From Pseudorhodoferax sp. (GTDB taxonomy: Bacteria; Pseudomonadota; Gammaproteobacteria; Burkholderiales; Burkholderiaceae_C): a stretch of 64,000 nt of DNA. Below are positions 19,664 through 31,239 of the stretch, piece by piece (position 1 is the first letter of the stretch; every line of letters starts with the position of its first letter). A program made the translations under genes and the position numbers. The notes under the pieces are model-generated. The model did not search any database and was not told the origin of the DNA. It worked only from the letters and a program-made list of their open reading frames with translations. The stretch lies in the NCBI GenBank assembly GCA_049840715.1, contig JASGJO010000012.1:2376-66375 (forward strand). The letters run 5' to 3'.

Positions 19664-20830
19664 CTAGCGGAAGCGCGCGAGCGTGTTGCGCGCCACCACC
19701 ATGCGGTGCACTTCGGTGGGGCCTTCGTAGATGCGCATGAGCCGCACGTCGTTGGCCATCTGCTGCAGCGGCAGCTCCTTGGTCATGCCCATGGCGCCGA
19801 AGGTCTGCATGGCGCGGTCCACCACCTCCCAGGCCATCTCGGTCGCGTAGGCCTTGACCATCGAGGTCTGGGTGCGCACGTCCAGGCCGCGGTCGATGCG
19901 CCAGGCGCATTCATAGGTCATGAGCCGCGTGGCATGGATGCGCGTGGCGGCGTCGGCGATCCACCACTGGATCGCCTGGCGCTCGGACAGCGGCAGGCCG
20001 AAGGTCTTGCGCTGCGGCGCGTAGGCGCACAGCATGTCGAGCGCGCGCTGGGCCTTGCCGATGGCCCAGGCCGCCATCTGCACGCGGCGCGCGCCGAGCC
20101 GCGCCTGCATGGGTTCGAAGCCCTGGTCCAGCTGGCCGAGCAGCTGGCCCGCGGGGATGCGGCAATCCTCGAACACCACCTCCCAGGTGCTGCTGCCGCC
20201 GATCATCGGGATCCTGCGCGCCGGGATGAAGCCCGGCGTGCCCTTGTCGACGATGAAGGCCGAGATGCCGCCGCGCGCGCCCGGCTGGCCCGAGGTGCGC
20301 GCCATCACGATGCCGAAGTCGGCGCGCTCCAGGTTGGAGATCCAGATCTTGCGGCCGTTGAGGACCCAGTGGTCGCCGTCGCGCACGGCGCGTGTGGACA
20401 GGCCCGAGGGATCGCCGCCGGCGCCGGGCTCGGAGATCACGATGGCCGATTTCACCTCGCCGCGCACGTAGGGCTCCAGGTAGCGCTTCTTCTGCTCGGG
20501 CGTGGCCGTCAGCATGAGCAGGCGCAGGTTGGGCGTGTCCGGCGGCAGGTAGTAGTGCACGATGCTGTGCCCGATCTCCTCGTTGACGCCGACCATGGCG
20601 GCCACGGGCAGGTCGGAGCCGCCGATCTCCTGCGGCGCGTCCAGGCCCCACAGGCCCAGTTCGCGCGAGCGGCTGTCCATGCGCGCGCTTTCCTCGGGCG
20701 ACAGTGCGATGCTGCCGCCCTCGGTCTCGCGCCGGAGCAGCGCGGGCTCCAGCGGGATCAGTTCCTCGCGCACGAAGCGGGCCACGAGGTCCTTGAGCAT
20801 GCGCCACTCTTCCTTGAGTTCAAATTCCAT
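19664..20830 (-). CDS. Acyl-CoA dehydrogenase
   Basis: SEPGAGGD, LNGRKIWISN, RIYEGPTEVHR. Confidence 0.93.
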   Translation of the reverse strand: MEFELKEEWRMLKDLVARFVREELIPLEPALLRRETEGGSIALSPEESARMDSRSRELGLWGLDAPQEIGGSDLPVAAMVGVNEEIGHSIVHYYLPPDTPNLRLLMLTATPEQKKRYLEPYVRGEVKSAIVISEPGAGGDPSGLSTRAVRDGDHWVLNGRKIWISNLERADFGIVMARTSGQPGARGGISAFIVDKGTPGFIPARRIPMIGGSSTWEVVFEDCRIPAGQLLGQLDQGFEPMQARLGARRVQMAAWAIGKAQRALDMLCAYAPQRKTFGLPLSERQAIQWWIADAATRIHATRLMTYECAWRIDRGLDVRTQTSMVKAYATEMAWEVVDRAMQTFGAMGMTKELPLQQMANDVRLMRIYEGPTEVHRMVVARNTLARFR

Positions 20831-20864
20831 GCCTGTGTGTCTCCTTGGGTGTCGGGGTTCTCGG

Positions 20865-21704
20865 TCAGCTGCGCTGGGCGCGGTGCGCGTCCCAGTCGGC
20901 GTCGCTCCATTCGCAAAGGTCTTCCGCGCCCGATGTGCGCAGGTGGGCGCCGCCGTCGATGGCGATGGATTCGCCGTTGATGTAGGCCGCGTCCGCCGAC
21001 AGCAGGAAGGCCGCCAGGCTGGTCAGCTCCTCGGGGCGGCCGGTGCGGCCCAGCGGGTTGCGCGGCGCGCCCGTGCGGCCGGCGGCGCGCGACTGCGGCA
21101 GCAGCTGCCGTGTCGCGCCGGGCGTGGGGAAGGGGCCGGGCTCGATGGCCACGAGGCGGATGCCGCGTCCGCCCCATTCCATGGCCAGGCTGCGCGTCAT
21201 CGCCAGCACGCCGGACTTCGCGATCGCCGAGGGCACCGTGAACGGCCGGCCCGTGCGCACCGAGGTCGACAGGATGCTCAGCACGCTGCCGCCGCGCCCG
21301 GCGTCGATCCAGCGCCGGCCCATGCCGTGCGTGCAGTACAGCGTGCCGTGCAGCGTGGTGGCGAGGATGGCATCCATGGCGCGCGTGGACATCCTGTGCG
21401 TCTGGGCGATGAAGTTGGCCGCGGCGTTGTTGACCAGCGCGTCGACCGGCCCGTCGCGCCAGGCCGCGTCCAGCATGGCCTCGACCGATTCGCTCTGGCG
21501 GATGTCGCAGGCCAGCACGGTCACGCTGGCGCCGGATTCCGCACGCAGGCGTTGCGCCGTGGCCTCCAGCGCCTCGGGCCGCCGGCCGCACAGCAGCAGG
21601 GCCGCGCCCAGGCTGGCGAAGCGCGCCGCCATCTCGGCGCCCAGGCCCGTGCCGCCGCCGGTCACGAGGATGCGCTGGCCCTGGAGCAGATCGTTGCGGT
21701 ACAT
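20865..21704 (-). CDS. SDR oxidoreductase, 2,4-dienoyl-CoA reductase-like
   Basis: VTGGGTGLG, NNAAANF, PSAIAKSGV (no catalytic Tyr, as in the DECR type), EWGGRGIR. Confidence 0.85.
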   Translation of the reverse strand: MYRNDLLQGQRILVTGGGTGLGAEMAARFASLGAALLLCGRRPEALEATAQRLRAESGASVTVLACDIRQSESVEAMLDAAWRDGPVDALVNNAAANFIAQTHRMSTRAMDAILATTLHGTLYCTHGMGRRWIDAGRGGSVLSILSTSVRTGRPFTVPSAIAKSGVLAMTRSLAMEWGGRGIRLVAIEPGPFPTPGATRQLLPQSRAAGRTGAPRNPLGRTGRPEELTSLAAFLLSADAAYINGESIAIDGGAHLRTSGAEDLCEWSDADWDAHRAQRS

Positions 21705-21766
21705 GGGAGTCGTCCGGTGCATGTGGTGCCGCCATTGTTTCGTCGATACGACGCTGGCTGCGGCCA

Positions 21767-21789
21767 CCAATTCCGGAGGACGGAATTGG
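21767..21789. promoter_or_regulatory. Putative IclR operator
   Basis: Perfect inverted repeat CCAATTCCG-N5-CGGAATTGG upstream of the SDR operon. Confidence 0.65.
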
Positions 21790-21830
21790 GCGCGTGGATG
21801 TGCCCCGGGGCGGCGGTGCCCGGGCAGAAG

Positions 21831-21872
21831 AAAAAAGCCCGGCGGCCGGTCGCTGCAGACCGGCCGCCGGGC
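21831..21872 (-). terminator. Rho-independent terminator of phoX
   Basis: 15-bp stem GCCCGGCGGCCGGTC/GACCGGCCGCCGGGC followed by a T6 tract on the minus strand. Confidence 0.9.
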
Positions 21873-21892
21873 CCTGCCGGCGCGCCCGGGGT

Positions 21893-23851
21893 TCAGCCGC
21901 CCAGCTTGGGCTGCAGCGGCGTGGCCGTCAGGTAGCCGACGGCGGCGCTGTGCTTGTTGTCGTAGTTGGCGTCGATGGCCGCGTCGATCTGGCTCCTGAG
22001 CGTGGCGTCCAGCGCCGGGAAGCGGTTCCACTCGTCACCGGCGTGCTGGAAGTTGCTCATGATGTAGGTCCAGCCGTTGATCTCGTCCACCGCGTGCAAA
22101 CCGGTCGACTCGGCGCCGGCCGGGCACGACAGCAGCCGCTCCAGCGCCCGCGTGTCGACGTTGTAGGCCCACAGGAAGTTGTTCAGGTGGTTGCCGCTGT
22201 CCTCGCCGATGAACAGGGTGCGCAGCTTCTCGGAGAACTTGAGGTTGTCCGGGCTCGCGATCTTCGCCGGGTTGGCGGTGTTGCCCAGGTTGTCGGCGCT
22301 GATGTCCTCGCCCTTGAGCAGCAGGTGCGATTGCGTGGGCACCCATTCGCTGTCGATCGCCGCGCCGGCGCTGTCCTTCTGGCCGCCGGCCATGTCGTGC
22401 GCCAGGATGCCGCCGGCCGTGATCTTCGGGAAGGCCACGTTGTGGGCTTCCACGTAGCCCGAGCCGCCCACGACCATGGAGTCCTGGATGTTGGCCAGGG
22501 CCGAGTAGGCGACCTTGTCCTTGGCGTTGGCGGTCGTGCCTTCCATCTTGGTGAAGGCCATGCTGGCGCCCATCAGGGCGGCGTAGCGGTGCGTTTCCAG
22601 GAAGGCCGCAGCCTTCTCCTGGCCGGCCTTCAGGCGCACCCAGGCGGTCTTCTTGTTCAGCACGATCCTGGTGTAGCTCGCATCGCCCGGGTCGGTCGTC
22701 GTCGAGTCCATGATGTCGGTGGGCTGGATGTTGCCCACGTTCACGAGATCCTCGATCTCCTTGCTCGTGGCATGGCCCAGCTTGATCCACTGGATCCTGG
22801 CGGTCGTGGTGTCGGTCAGCTTCTCGGTGTACCTGGCCACGTACAGCGTGCCGGCGGACAGGTCGCGGGCCGTGTCGGCCACGAACATGAAGAAGCCGCC
22901 GTTGGTGGCGTCGTCGCCCATCAGCGCAGTGCGCTCGTCGGGCAGCACGTGGATCAGCTCGTGCGAGATGCGGCCCAGGCAGAAGTGCTTCCTGATCGTG
23001 GCCGTGCCATCGGCCTTGACCGTGACTTCGGGCAGGTGGCCGTAGTTGTAGGCGCGGGCAGCGGTCTCGTCGCCGTAGACGTTCTTGCTGTAGGCCTTGA
23101 GCGTGGCCAGGGTCTGGCCGGCCAGGCCCTGGTTGAAGGCGTCGGGCTCGTACTCTTCGCTGGACAGGTGCGTGCCCCACGGCGACAGGCTGGCGCCGCA
23201 GGTGATCCACAGGCCGTGCACGGCCGAGGTGTCCACGTTGTGGTACTTGGCAAGGCTCAGGTGGCCGTTGGCCGGGTCCTGCTGGAGCGTGAGCACGGCG
23301 ATGGGCGAGGGCAGCGTGCCGTAGGTGCTGGCACCGGACAGGTCGGCCGTCGTGTACTCGAACTGGACCACGGCGAACACGGTGTTGGCCGGGGCCCCGG
23401 GAACCGTCAGCAGCGAGGTGCCGTCCGGGCAGTCGGAGAAGAACTGGCGCTCGCTGCCCGGCACGCTCCTGTCGATAATGGGCTGGTTGTCGATGTCGTA
23501 GTAGCCGCCGGCCACGACCTTGGCGCCGCTGGTGCCGGTGACCTGCTGGCCGGTCAGGAAGAAGGGCGGGTAGGCCAGCTGGTACGTGGTGCTGGTGCCG
23601 TTGCCGTAGCTGACCCTGAGGCTGGAACCCACCGTGGTGGTGGCCAGCGCGGCGGGGTTGCTGGCGGCCGGCGCGGCCATGCCCGTGAACTGGGCGGAGG
23701 CGAAGCGGAGCTCGTCATCGTCGCCGCCGCCGCAGGCGGCCAGCGTGGAGGCGAGCAGGCCGCCGGTGCCGAGCGGCAGCATGGGGGCGCCGGCCAGCAG
23801 CTGGAGCATGCGGCGGCGTGACTGGACGGGGGTCGTGGGGAGGTTGGACAT
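21893..23851 (-). CDS. phoX: PhoX-family (DUF839) alkaline phosphatase, Tat lipoprotein
   Basis: SRRRML Tat motif, LAAC lipobox, CGASLSPWGTHLSSEE, GRISHE, SPDNL, GEDSG, GAESTG, NFQH; Pho box upstream. Confidence 0.88.
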   Translation of the reverse strand: MSNLPTTPVQSRRRMLQLLAGAPMLPLGTGGLLASTLAACGGGDDDELRFASAQFTGMAAPAASNPAALATTTVGSSLRVSYGNGTSTTYQLAYPPFFLTGQQVTGTSGAKVVAGGYYDIDNQPIIDRSVPGSERQFFSDCPDGTSLLTVPGAPANTVFAVVQFEYTTADLSGASTYGTLPSPIAVLTLQQDPANGHLSLAKYHNVDTSAVHGLWITCGASLSPWGTHLSSEEYEPDAFNQGLAGQTLATLKAYSKNVYGDETAARAYNYGHLPEVTVKADGTATIRKHFCLGRISHELIHVLPDERTALMGDDATNGGFFMFVADTARDLSAGTLYVARYTEKLTDTTTARIQWIKLGHATSKEIEDLVNVGNIQPTDIMDSTTTDPGDASYTRIVLNKKTAWVRLKAGQEKAAAFLETHRYAALMGASMAFTKMEGTTANAKDKVAYSALANIQDSMVVGGSGYVEAHNVAFPKITAGGILAHDMAGGQKDSAGAAIDSEWVPTQSHLLLKGEDISADNLGNTANPAKIASPDNLKFSEKLRTLFIGEDSGNHLNNFLWAYNVDTRALERLLSCPAGAESTGLHAVDEINGWTYIMSNFQHAGDEWNRFPALDATLRSQIDAAIDANYDNKHSAAVGYLTATPLQPKLGG

Positions 23852-23922
23852 CGGTCTGGGCTCTGCGAGAGCCTGTTGTTTTGGATCGGAACGCGATGGC
23901 AGATGCCATGCTGCGCGCCGCG

Positions 23923-23967
23923 ATCCTAGGATCGACCGATGACAGTGCCGTTACAGCACCGTGACCC
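23923..23967 (-). promoter_or_regulatory. Pho box (three 11-bp repeats) and -10 element
   Basis: Minus strand GGGTCAC-ggtg-CTGTAAC-ggca-CTGTCAT, then 10 nt, then TAGGAT. Confidence 0.88.
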
Positions 23968-23999
23968 GGCCGGTGCGTCGGCACCGGCCGGGGGGCTTC

Positions 24000-25862
24000 T
24001 CAATGGTTGTCGCGCGGCACGCCGAAGGTGGCGTGGATCTTCTGGTACTTCACCGCCGGCTTGAGCACCATGCCCTCGGACAGCTCGCCGACCACGCTGC
24101 GCTGGATCTCCTGCCAGGGCGTCTGGCTGGGCGGGAACTGGTAGCCGCCCGCGGCTTCGAGCGCGGCGCGCCGCCTGGCCAGTTCCTCGCCGCCCACCAG
24201 CATGTCGGCGCTGCGCTTGCGCAGGTCGATGCGCACGCGGTCGCCGGTCTGCAGCAGCGCCAGGTTGCCGCCGGTGGCGGCCTCGGGCGAGGCGTTCAGG
24301 ATGGAGGGCGAGCCCGAGGTGCCCGACTGCCGGCCGTCGCCGATGCAGGGCAGGGCCGTGACGCCTTGCTTGAGCAGGTAGTCCGGCGCGCGCATGTTCA
24401 CGACCTCGGCCGCGCCGGGGTAGCCCACGGGGCCCACGCCGCGCATGAACAGCACGCTTTCGCCGGTGATCTCGAGCTTCGGATCGTCGATGCGCGCGTG
24501 GTAGTCCTCGGGCCCGTCGAACACCACGGCCGGGCCTTCGAAGGCCATCGGGTCGGCCGGGTTCTCGAGGTAGCGCTGGCGGAACTCGGGCGTGATCACG
24601 CTGGTCTTCATGATGGCCGAGTCGAACAGATTGCCCTTGAAGTTCAGGAAGCCGGCGTCTTTCTTGAGCGGCCTGGCATAGGGCAGGATCACGTCGCGGT
24701 CGCTGCTAAACTGGCCCGTGCAGTTGTCGATCAGCGTGTTGCCGTTGGCCGTGACGGCGGGCTGGATCTTGTTCTTGGCGATCAGTTCGGCCACCACGGC
24801 CGGCAGGCCGCCGGCGCGGTAGTAGTCCTCGGCCAGGTACTTGCCGGCCGGCTGCAGGTTCACGAGCAGCGGCACCTTGTAGCCGTGCTTCTCCCAGTCG
24901 TCGTTGTCCAGCTTCACGCCGATGTGCTTGGCGATCGCGTTCAGGTGCACCGGCGCATTGGTCGAGCCGCCGATGGCCGAGTTGATGACGATGGCGTTCT
25001 CGAAGGCCGCGCGCGTCATGATGTCCGAGGGCTTGAGATCCTCGCGCACCATCTCGACGATGCGCTTGCCCGTGAGGTAGGCCATCTCCTGGCGGTCGCG
25101 GTAGGGCGCGGGGATGGCCGCGCTGCCCGGCAGCGTCATGCCCAGGGCCTCGGCCAGCGCGTTCATCGTGGAGGCCGTGCCCATGGTGTTGCAGTGGCCC
25201 GTCGACGGGGCCGAGGAGGCCACGAGCTTGAGGAACTCCGGATAGCCGATCTCGCCGGCCGCCATGAGTTCGCGCGCCTTCCAGACGATGGTGCCCGACC
25301 CCGTGCGCTCGCCCTTGAACCAGCCGTTCAGCATCGGGCCGCTGTTGAGCGCGATGGCCGGGATGTCCACCGTGGCGGCCGCCATGAGCTGGGCCGGCGT
25401 GGTCTTGTCGCAGCCGGTGGTCAGCACGCAGCCGTCGATCGGGTAGCCGAACAAAATCTCGACCAGCGAGAGGTATTGCAGGTTGCGGTCCAGCGAGGCC
25501 GTGGGGCGCTTGCAGGTCTCCTGGATGGGGTGGATCGGGAACTCGAAGGCCACGCCGCCCGCATCGCGGATGCCTTCCTTGACGCGCTCGGCCAGCACGA
25601 TGTGGTGGCGGTTGCAGGGCGCGATGTCCGAGCCGGTCTGGGCGATGCCGATGATGGGCCGGCCCGACTGCAGTTCCTCGAACGACAGGCCGAAGTTCAT
25701 CGTGCGCTCGATGTAGAGCGCGGTCATGTCGGCATTGGACGGGTTGTCGAACCAGGCTTGCGAGCGCAGGCGCTGTGCGGCCTTGGTGCCGGCCTTCCTG
25801 GTGGCCTTCCTGGAAGCCTTTGCGTTCTCGTTCTTCTTCACCGTGGTGTCTTTCTTGTTCAT
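24000..25862 (-). CDS. IlvD/Edd-family sugar-acid dehydratase (D-xylonate dehydratase-like)
   Basis: [42 protein letters not shown]; ATGA overlap with denD. Confidence 0.9.
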   Translation of the reverse strand: MNKKDTTVKKNENAKASRKATRKAGTKAAQRLRSQAWFDNPSNADMTALYIERTMNFGLSFEELQSGRPIIGIAQTGSDIAPCNRHHIVLAERVKEGIRDAGGVAFEFPIHPIQETCKRPTASLDRNLQYLSLVEILFGYPIDGCVLTTGCDKTTPAQLMAAATVDIPAIALNSGPMLNGWFKGERTGSGTIVWKARELMAAGEIGYPEFLKLVASSAPSTGHCNTMGTASTMNALAEALGMTLPGSAAIPAPYRDRQEMAYLTGKRIVEMVREDLKPSDIMTRAAFENAIVINSAIGGSTNAPVHLNAIAKHIGVKLDNDDWEKHGYKVPLLVNLQPAGKYLAEDYYRAGGLPAVVAELIAKNKIQPAVTANGNTLIDNCTGQFSSDRDVILPYARPLKKDAGFLNFKGNLFDSAIMKTSVITPEFRQRYLENPADPMAFEGPAVVFDGPEDYHARIDDPKLEITGESVLFMRGVGPVGYPGAAEVVNMRAPDYLLKQGVTALPCIGDGRQSGTSGSPSILNASPEAATGGNLALLQTGDRVRIDLRKRSADMLVGGEELARRRAALEAAGGYQFPPSQTPWQEIQRSVVGELSEGMVLKPAVKYQKIHATFGVPRDNH

Positions 25863-26875
25863 TGCAATCCCTTGAGCGTCTGCGCTGCGTTGGGGCCGGC
25901 CTGGCAGTCGGCGATGTACTCGCGGATGATTTCCGCAAAGCTGGCGTAGGGGTGCAGGCCCAGCTTCGCGGCGCGTGCGGCCGTGCCGCCCGAGGGCCAG
26001 TTGGCCACGATGCCGGCGATGCGCTCGTCGCGCTCGAAGCGCACCAGCGCGCGCACCTCGGGGCCGGCCACCTCCTCGAGCGCGGCCAGCATGTCGGCCA
26101 CGCGCACGTTCAGGCCCGGCAGGTTCAGCGCCAGGCGGCCGTTCAGCTGCTCGCGCGTCGCCTCGTAGACCTTGATGAGCCCGTCCACGGTCTGCGCGGG
26201 CGAGGACATCGGGTGCGAGACCTGCGGATCGACCGGGCAGACCGATTCGACGCCGGCCAGCGGCTCGCGGATGATGCCGCTGAAGAAGCCCGAGGCCGCG
26301 CCGTTGGGCCGGCCCGGCCGCACCGTGACCGTCATGAGCCGGGCCGAGCGGCCGTCCAGGTAGCCCTTGCGCGTGTAGTCGGCGATCAGGTATTCGCACA
26401 TGAGCTTGTGCGTGCCGTAGGAGGTCTGCGGCGCGGGCAGCGTGTCGTCGGCCACGGTGCCGGGCCAGGCGAACGAGGGGTCGGGCCCGAACACGGCCAC
26501 GGAACTGGAGAACACGAAGCGCGGCACCTTGCCGCTGGCGGCCGTGCGCGCGCGCAGCGCGTCGAGCAGCGCGCGCGTGCTGTCCAGGTTGGAGCGCAGG
26601 CCCAGTTCGAAATCGAGCTCGCACTCGCCCGAGACGGCCGAGGCCAGGTGGAACACGCCGTCGAAATCCTCCTGGCCGATCGCCTCGGTCTGCGACAGCA
26701 GCGTGCCGGTGCGGGCCTGCACGCGCGCGTCGGCCAATAGGTCAGCCGGCGGCGGCGCGATGTCGGTCAGCACCATGCGTTCGATCTTGCGGCCGTCGAG
26801 CTGGCCGCGGGCCAGCAGCGTGCGCGCCAGGCGCGCGCCGACGAAGCCGCCGCCGCCGGTGATCAGGAGTTTCAT
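25859..26875 (-). CDS. denD: D-erythronate dehydrogenase-like NAD-dependent epimerase/dehydratase family protein
   Basis: [52 protein letters not shown]. Confidence 0.85.
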   Translation of the reverse strand: MKLLITGGGGFVGARLARTLLARGQLDGRKIERMVLTDIAPPPADLLADARVQARTGTLLSQTEAIGQEDFDGVFHLASAVSGECELDFELGLRSNLDSTRALLDALRARTAASGKVPRFVFSSSVAVFGPDPSFAWPGTVADDTLPAPQTSYGTHKLMCEYLIADYTRKGYLDGRSARLMTVTVRPGRPNGAASGFFSGIIREPLAGVESVCPVDPQVSHPMSSPAQTVDGLIKVYEATREQLNGRLALNLPGLNVRVADMLAALEEVAGPEVRALVRFERDERIAGIVANWPSGGTAARAAKLGLHPYASFAEIIREYIADCQAGPNAAQTLKGLQ

Positions 26876-27666
26876 GAGGGTCGTCCTTGTGAGAGGGGTT
26901 GGGAAGTCTTCTTGCGCCGGCCGGCGATCACGCCGCCTTCGACCAGGCGTTGTTCGCCGTGCAGGATGTGGTCCAGCGCGCAGCGGCGCGCGGCGGCCGG
27001 GTCGCGCGCCGCGATGGCGTCGACCACGGCGCGGTGCTCCAGCTGCACGGCCTGCATGAAATCGGTGCGGCGGGCTTCGTTGCCGCGCGTGATGCGCATG
27101 CCTTCGCGCAGGTATTGCTCGAGGAAGCCCAGCAGCAGCCGGAACTGCGGGTTGCCCGTGGCCTCGCCGATCAGCCGGTGAAAGCCCAGGTCTTCGGCCA
27201 CGCCGTCGCGGCCTTCGGCCACGGCCAGGTCGATGGCCTTGAGCTGGCGCCGCATGCCGGCGATCTGGCTGCGCGTGGCGCGCTCGGCCGCCAGCGCGGC
27301 GATCTCGCCTTCGAGCACGCGGCGCACCTCCACCACGTGGACCACGGCCTCCACGGAGCCCAGCACGCGCGGGTCGAAGGCCAGCGGCTGGTGAGCCGGC
27401 GCCGCCGCCACGAACACGCCCGAGCCCTGGCGCGAGACCACCAGCGACAGCGAGCGCAGCTGGTGCACGGCCTCGCGCACCACGGTGCGCGAGACGCCAT
27501 GGCTCTGGGCCAGCTGCTGCTCGGTGGGCAGGCGGGCGCCGGGCTGCAATGCGCCGGTGGTGATCTGGCGGGCCAGGCGCTGGGCCAGCCGGTCGGACAG
27601 CCGGTCGGCCTCCTGCCGCAGCGGTTCGGCCGCGAATGGGGCAGGGACGGCAAGGCGGTTGGGCAC
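26872..27666 (-). CDS. FadR/GntR-family regulator
   Basis: PGARLPTEQQLA..GVSRTVVREAV..QGSGVFV HTH and FCD domain; start codon uncertain (GTG 27666). Confidence 0.88.
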   Translation of the reverse strand: MPNRLAVPAPFAAEPLRQEADRLSDRLAQRLARQITTGALQPGARLPTEQQLAQSHGVSRTVVREAVHQLRSLSLVVSRQGSGVFVAAAPAHQPLAFDPRVLGSVEAVVHVVEVRRVLEGEIAALAAERATRSQIAGMRRQLKAIDLAVAEGRDGVAEDLGFHRLIGEATGNPQFRLLLGFLEQYLREGMRITRGNEARRTDFMQAVQLEHRAVVDAIAARDPAAARRCALDHILHGEQRLVEGGVIAGRRKKTSQPLSQGRPS

Positions 27667-27837
27667 GTTCGGGCGCTCGGGAAGGCGCTGTACTGTAATC
27701 GGGTCATCATACAAATTTCCGGGTTTTCGCCTACCGGATTTCCCTGATGCGAGCCCCTGTGCAGGTGCCGATACTGCGCGGGCTCCGGAGCGCTCGACGG
27801 GCGCTCGTTCCCCCCAACCAACAACAGAGCGCAGCGC

Positions 27838-28908
<1,071 letters not shown>

Positions 28909-28938
28909 GCTTTTTCCGACCAACGCAAGGAGACAGGC

Positions 28939-30273
28939 ATGAGTGAGTTCCAAGGACGCAGGCGCAGCATTCTCAAGGGCTCGGCCGGCGCGGCCGCCGT
29001 GGCATCGATCGGGGCGGGCGGCGTGCTGTTCTCGCCGTTCGCACGTTCGCAGACGCTGAAGTTCACGCCCGAGAAGGGCGCCAGGCTGCGCGTGCTGCGC
29101 TGGAGCCGTTTCGTGCAGGGCGACATCGACGCCTACATGGCCAACGTCAAGAAGTTCACCGAGGCCACCGGCGTCGAGGTGCGCGTGGACAACGAGGGCT
29201 GGGAGGACGTGCGGCCCAAGGCCGCCGTGGCCGCCAACACCGGCGCCGGCCCCGACATCATCCTGTCGACCAACGACGACGCCAACCTCTACCCCGAGAA
29301 GCTGCTCGACGTGACCGACCTGGCCGAGTACCTGGGCAAGAAGTACGGCGGCTGGTATCCCGCGGTGCAGCAGTACCTGCGGCCCGACGGCAAGCGCTGG
29401 CTGGGGCTGGGCCTGGGCGCCTCGGGCTCCATGATCGTCTACCGCGAAAGCATGGTGAAGGCCGCCGGTTTCGACAGCTTCCCCAAGGACACGGCCGGCT
29501 TCCTGAAGCTGCACCAGGCGCTCAAGGAGAAGGGCACGCCGGGCGGATACGCGCTGGGCAATGCCACGGGCGACAGCCTGTGGACCAACTGGCTGATCTG
29601 GTCGCACGGCGGCAAGCTCGTCGACAAGACCAACAAGGTCGTGATCGACAGCCCGGAGACGCTCAAGGCGCTGGAGTACGCCAAGGAGCTGTACGCCACC
29701 TTCATCCCGGGCACCTTGTCCTGGCTGGATCCGAACAACAACAAGGCCTTCCTGGACGGGCAGATCAGCGTCACCAACAACGGCATCTCGATCTACTACG
29801 CGGCCAAGAACTCGCCCGATCCCAAGCTCAAGGAGATGGCGGCCGACATCAACCACGCCTCGTTCCCGATCGGGCCGGCCGGCGTGCCGACCGAGTCGCA
29901 CCTGTTCTTCAACCAGATGGTCATGAAGTACACCAAGTTCCCGAACGCCGCCAAGGAGTTCCTGCGCTTCATGATGGAACGCGAGCAGTTCGACGCCTGG
30001 CTGATCGGCGCGGGCGGCTACATCGGCCAGCCGCTGGCGGCCTACGAGTCCTGCCCGATCTGGACCTCGGACCCCAAGAACACGCCGTACCGCGACTGCG
30101 TGAAGAACATGCGCCCGGCCGGCTACGAGGGCAAGCTGGGCTATGCCTCGGCCGGTGCGGGGGCCGACTTCATCGTCGCCAACATGGTGGCCGAGGCCGC
30201 CAGCGGCTCCAAGACGCCCAAGGAAGCTGCCGAACGCGCGCAAAAGCGCGCCGAGCGCTACTACAAGGTCTAA
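28939..30273 (+). CDS. Sugar ABC transporter substrate-binding protein
   Basis: Tat-like RRRSILK signal, SBP family 1 size, operon context. Confidence 0.88.
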   Translation: MSEFQGRRRSILKGSAGAAAVASIGAGGVLFSPFARSQTLKFTPEKGARLRVLRWSRFVQGDIDAYMANVKKFTEATGVEVRVDNEGWEDVRPKAAVAANTGAGPDIILSTNDDANLYPEKLLDVTDLAEYLGKKYGGWYPAVQQYLRPDGKRWLGLGLGASGSMIVYRESMVKAAGFDSFPKDTAGFLKLHQALKEKGTPGGYALGNATGDSLWTNWLIWSHGGKLVDKTNKVVIDSPETLKALEYAKELYATFIPGTLSWLDPNNNKAFLDGQISVTNNGISIYYAAKNSPDPKLKEMAADINHASFPIGPAGVPTESHLFFNQMVMKYTKFPNAAKEFLRFMMEREQFDAWLIGAGGYIGQPLAAYESCPIWTSDPKNTPYRDCVKNMRPAGYEGKLGYASAGAGADFIVANMVAEAASGSKTPKEAAERAQKRAERYYKV

Positions 30274-30339
30274 GCGCCTCGCCGCCTCCGGCCGGGCAGG
30301 GGTCCGGCCGGAATCCCATGGCACCTGTCAAGGGTCTGC

Positions 30340-31239
30340 ATGCTCGCCCGACTGCAAAACAGCCGCAACGGTCTCGGCTTCCTGTTCATGCTGCCAGCGG
30401 CCGTGCTGCTGCTGCTGTTCCTGACCTATCCGCTGGGCCTCGGCACCTGGCTCGGCTTCACCGACACCAAGGTGGGCCGGCCCGGCGTCTGGGTCGGCCT
30501 GGAAAACTACATCTACCTCTGGAACGACTCGGTCACGCGGCTGGCCCTGTTCAACACCCTGTTCTACACGGTGGTGGCCAGCATCCTGAAGTTCGGCCTG
30601 GGCCTGTGGCTGGCGCTGTTGCTGAACAAGCACATCCGCTTCAAGACCTTCTTCCGCGCCGTCATCCTCTTGCCCTACATCGTGCCGACGGTGCTGTCGG
30701 CCATCGCGTTCTGGTGGATCTACGACTCGCAGTTCTCCATCGTCAGCTGGGCGCTCGTGAAGATGGGGCTGATCGACCACTACATCGATTTCCTGGGCAA
30801 CGAGTGGAACGCGCGCATCGCGGTCATCATCGCCAATGTCTGGCGCGGCGTGCCCTTCGTGGCCATCACGCTGCTGGCCGGGCTGCAGACGATCTCGCCT
30901 TCGTACTACGAGGCCTCGGCCATCGACGGCGCCTCGCGCTGGCAGCAGTTCCGCCACGTCACGCTGCCGCTGCTGACGCCCATCATCGCGGTGGTCATGA
31001 CCTTCTCGGTGCTGTTCACCTTCACCGACTTCCAGCTCATCTACGTGATCACGCGCGGCGGGCCGCTCAACGCCACGCACCTGATGGCCACGCTGTCGTT
31101 CCAGCGCGCGATCTCGGGCGGCGCGCTGGGCGAGGGTGCGGCGATCGCCATCGCCATGGTGCCGTTCCTGCTGGCCTGCGTGCTGTTCAGCTTCTTCGGT
31201 TTGCAACGCCGCGCCTGGCAACAAGGGGGGAAAGACTGA
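30340..31239 (+). CDS. Sugar ABC transporter permease
   Basis: YYEASAIDGAS EAA loop, multiple TM segments. Confidence 0.92.
   Translation: MLARLQNSRNGLGFLFMLPAAVLLLLFLTYPLGLGTWLGFTDTKVGRPGVWVGLENYIYLWNDSVTRLALFNTLFYTVVASILKFGLGLWLALLLNKHIRFKTFFRAVILLPYIVPTVLSAIAFWWIYDSQFSIVSWALVKMGLIDHYIDFLGNEWNARIAVIIANVWRGVPFVAITLLAGLQTISPSYYEASAIDGASRWQQFRHVTLPLLTPIIAVVMTFSVLFTFTDFQLIYVITRGGPLNATHLMATLSFQRAISGGALGEGAAIAIAMVPFLLACVLFSFFGLQRRAWQQGGKD

Noticed and set aside
27700-27716. TTGTATGATGACC as the GntR/FadR operator
   Set aside because: Plausible by position, but it is an imperfect single copy and too weak to list as a feature.
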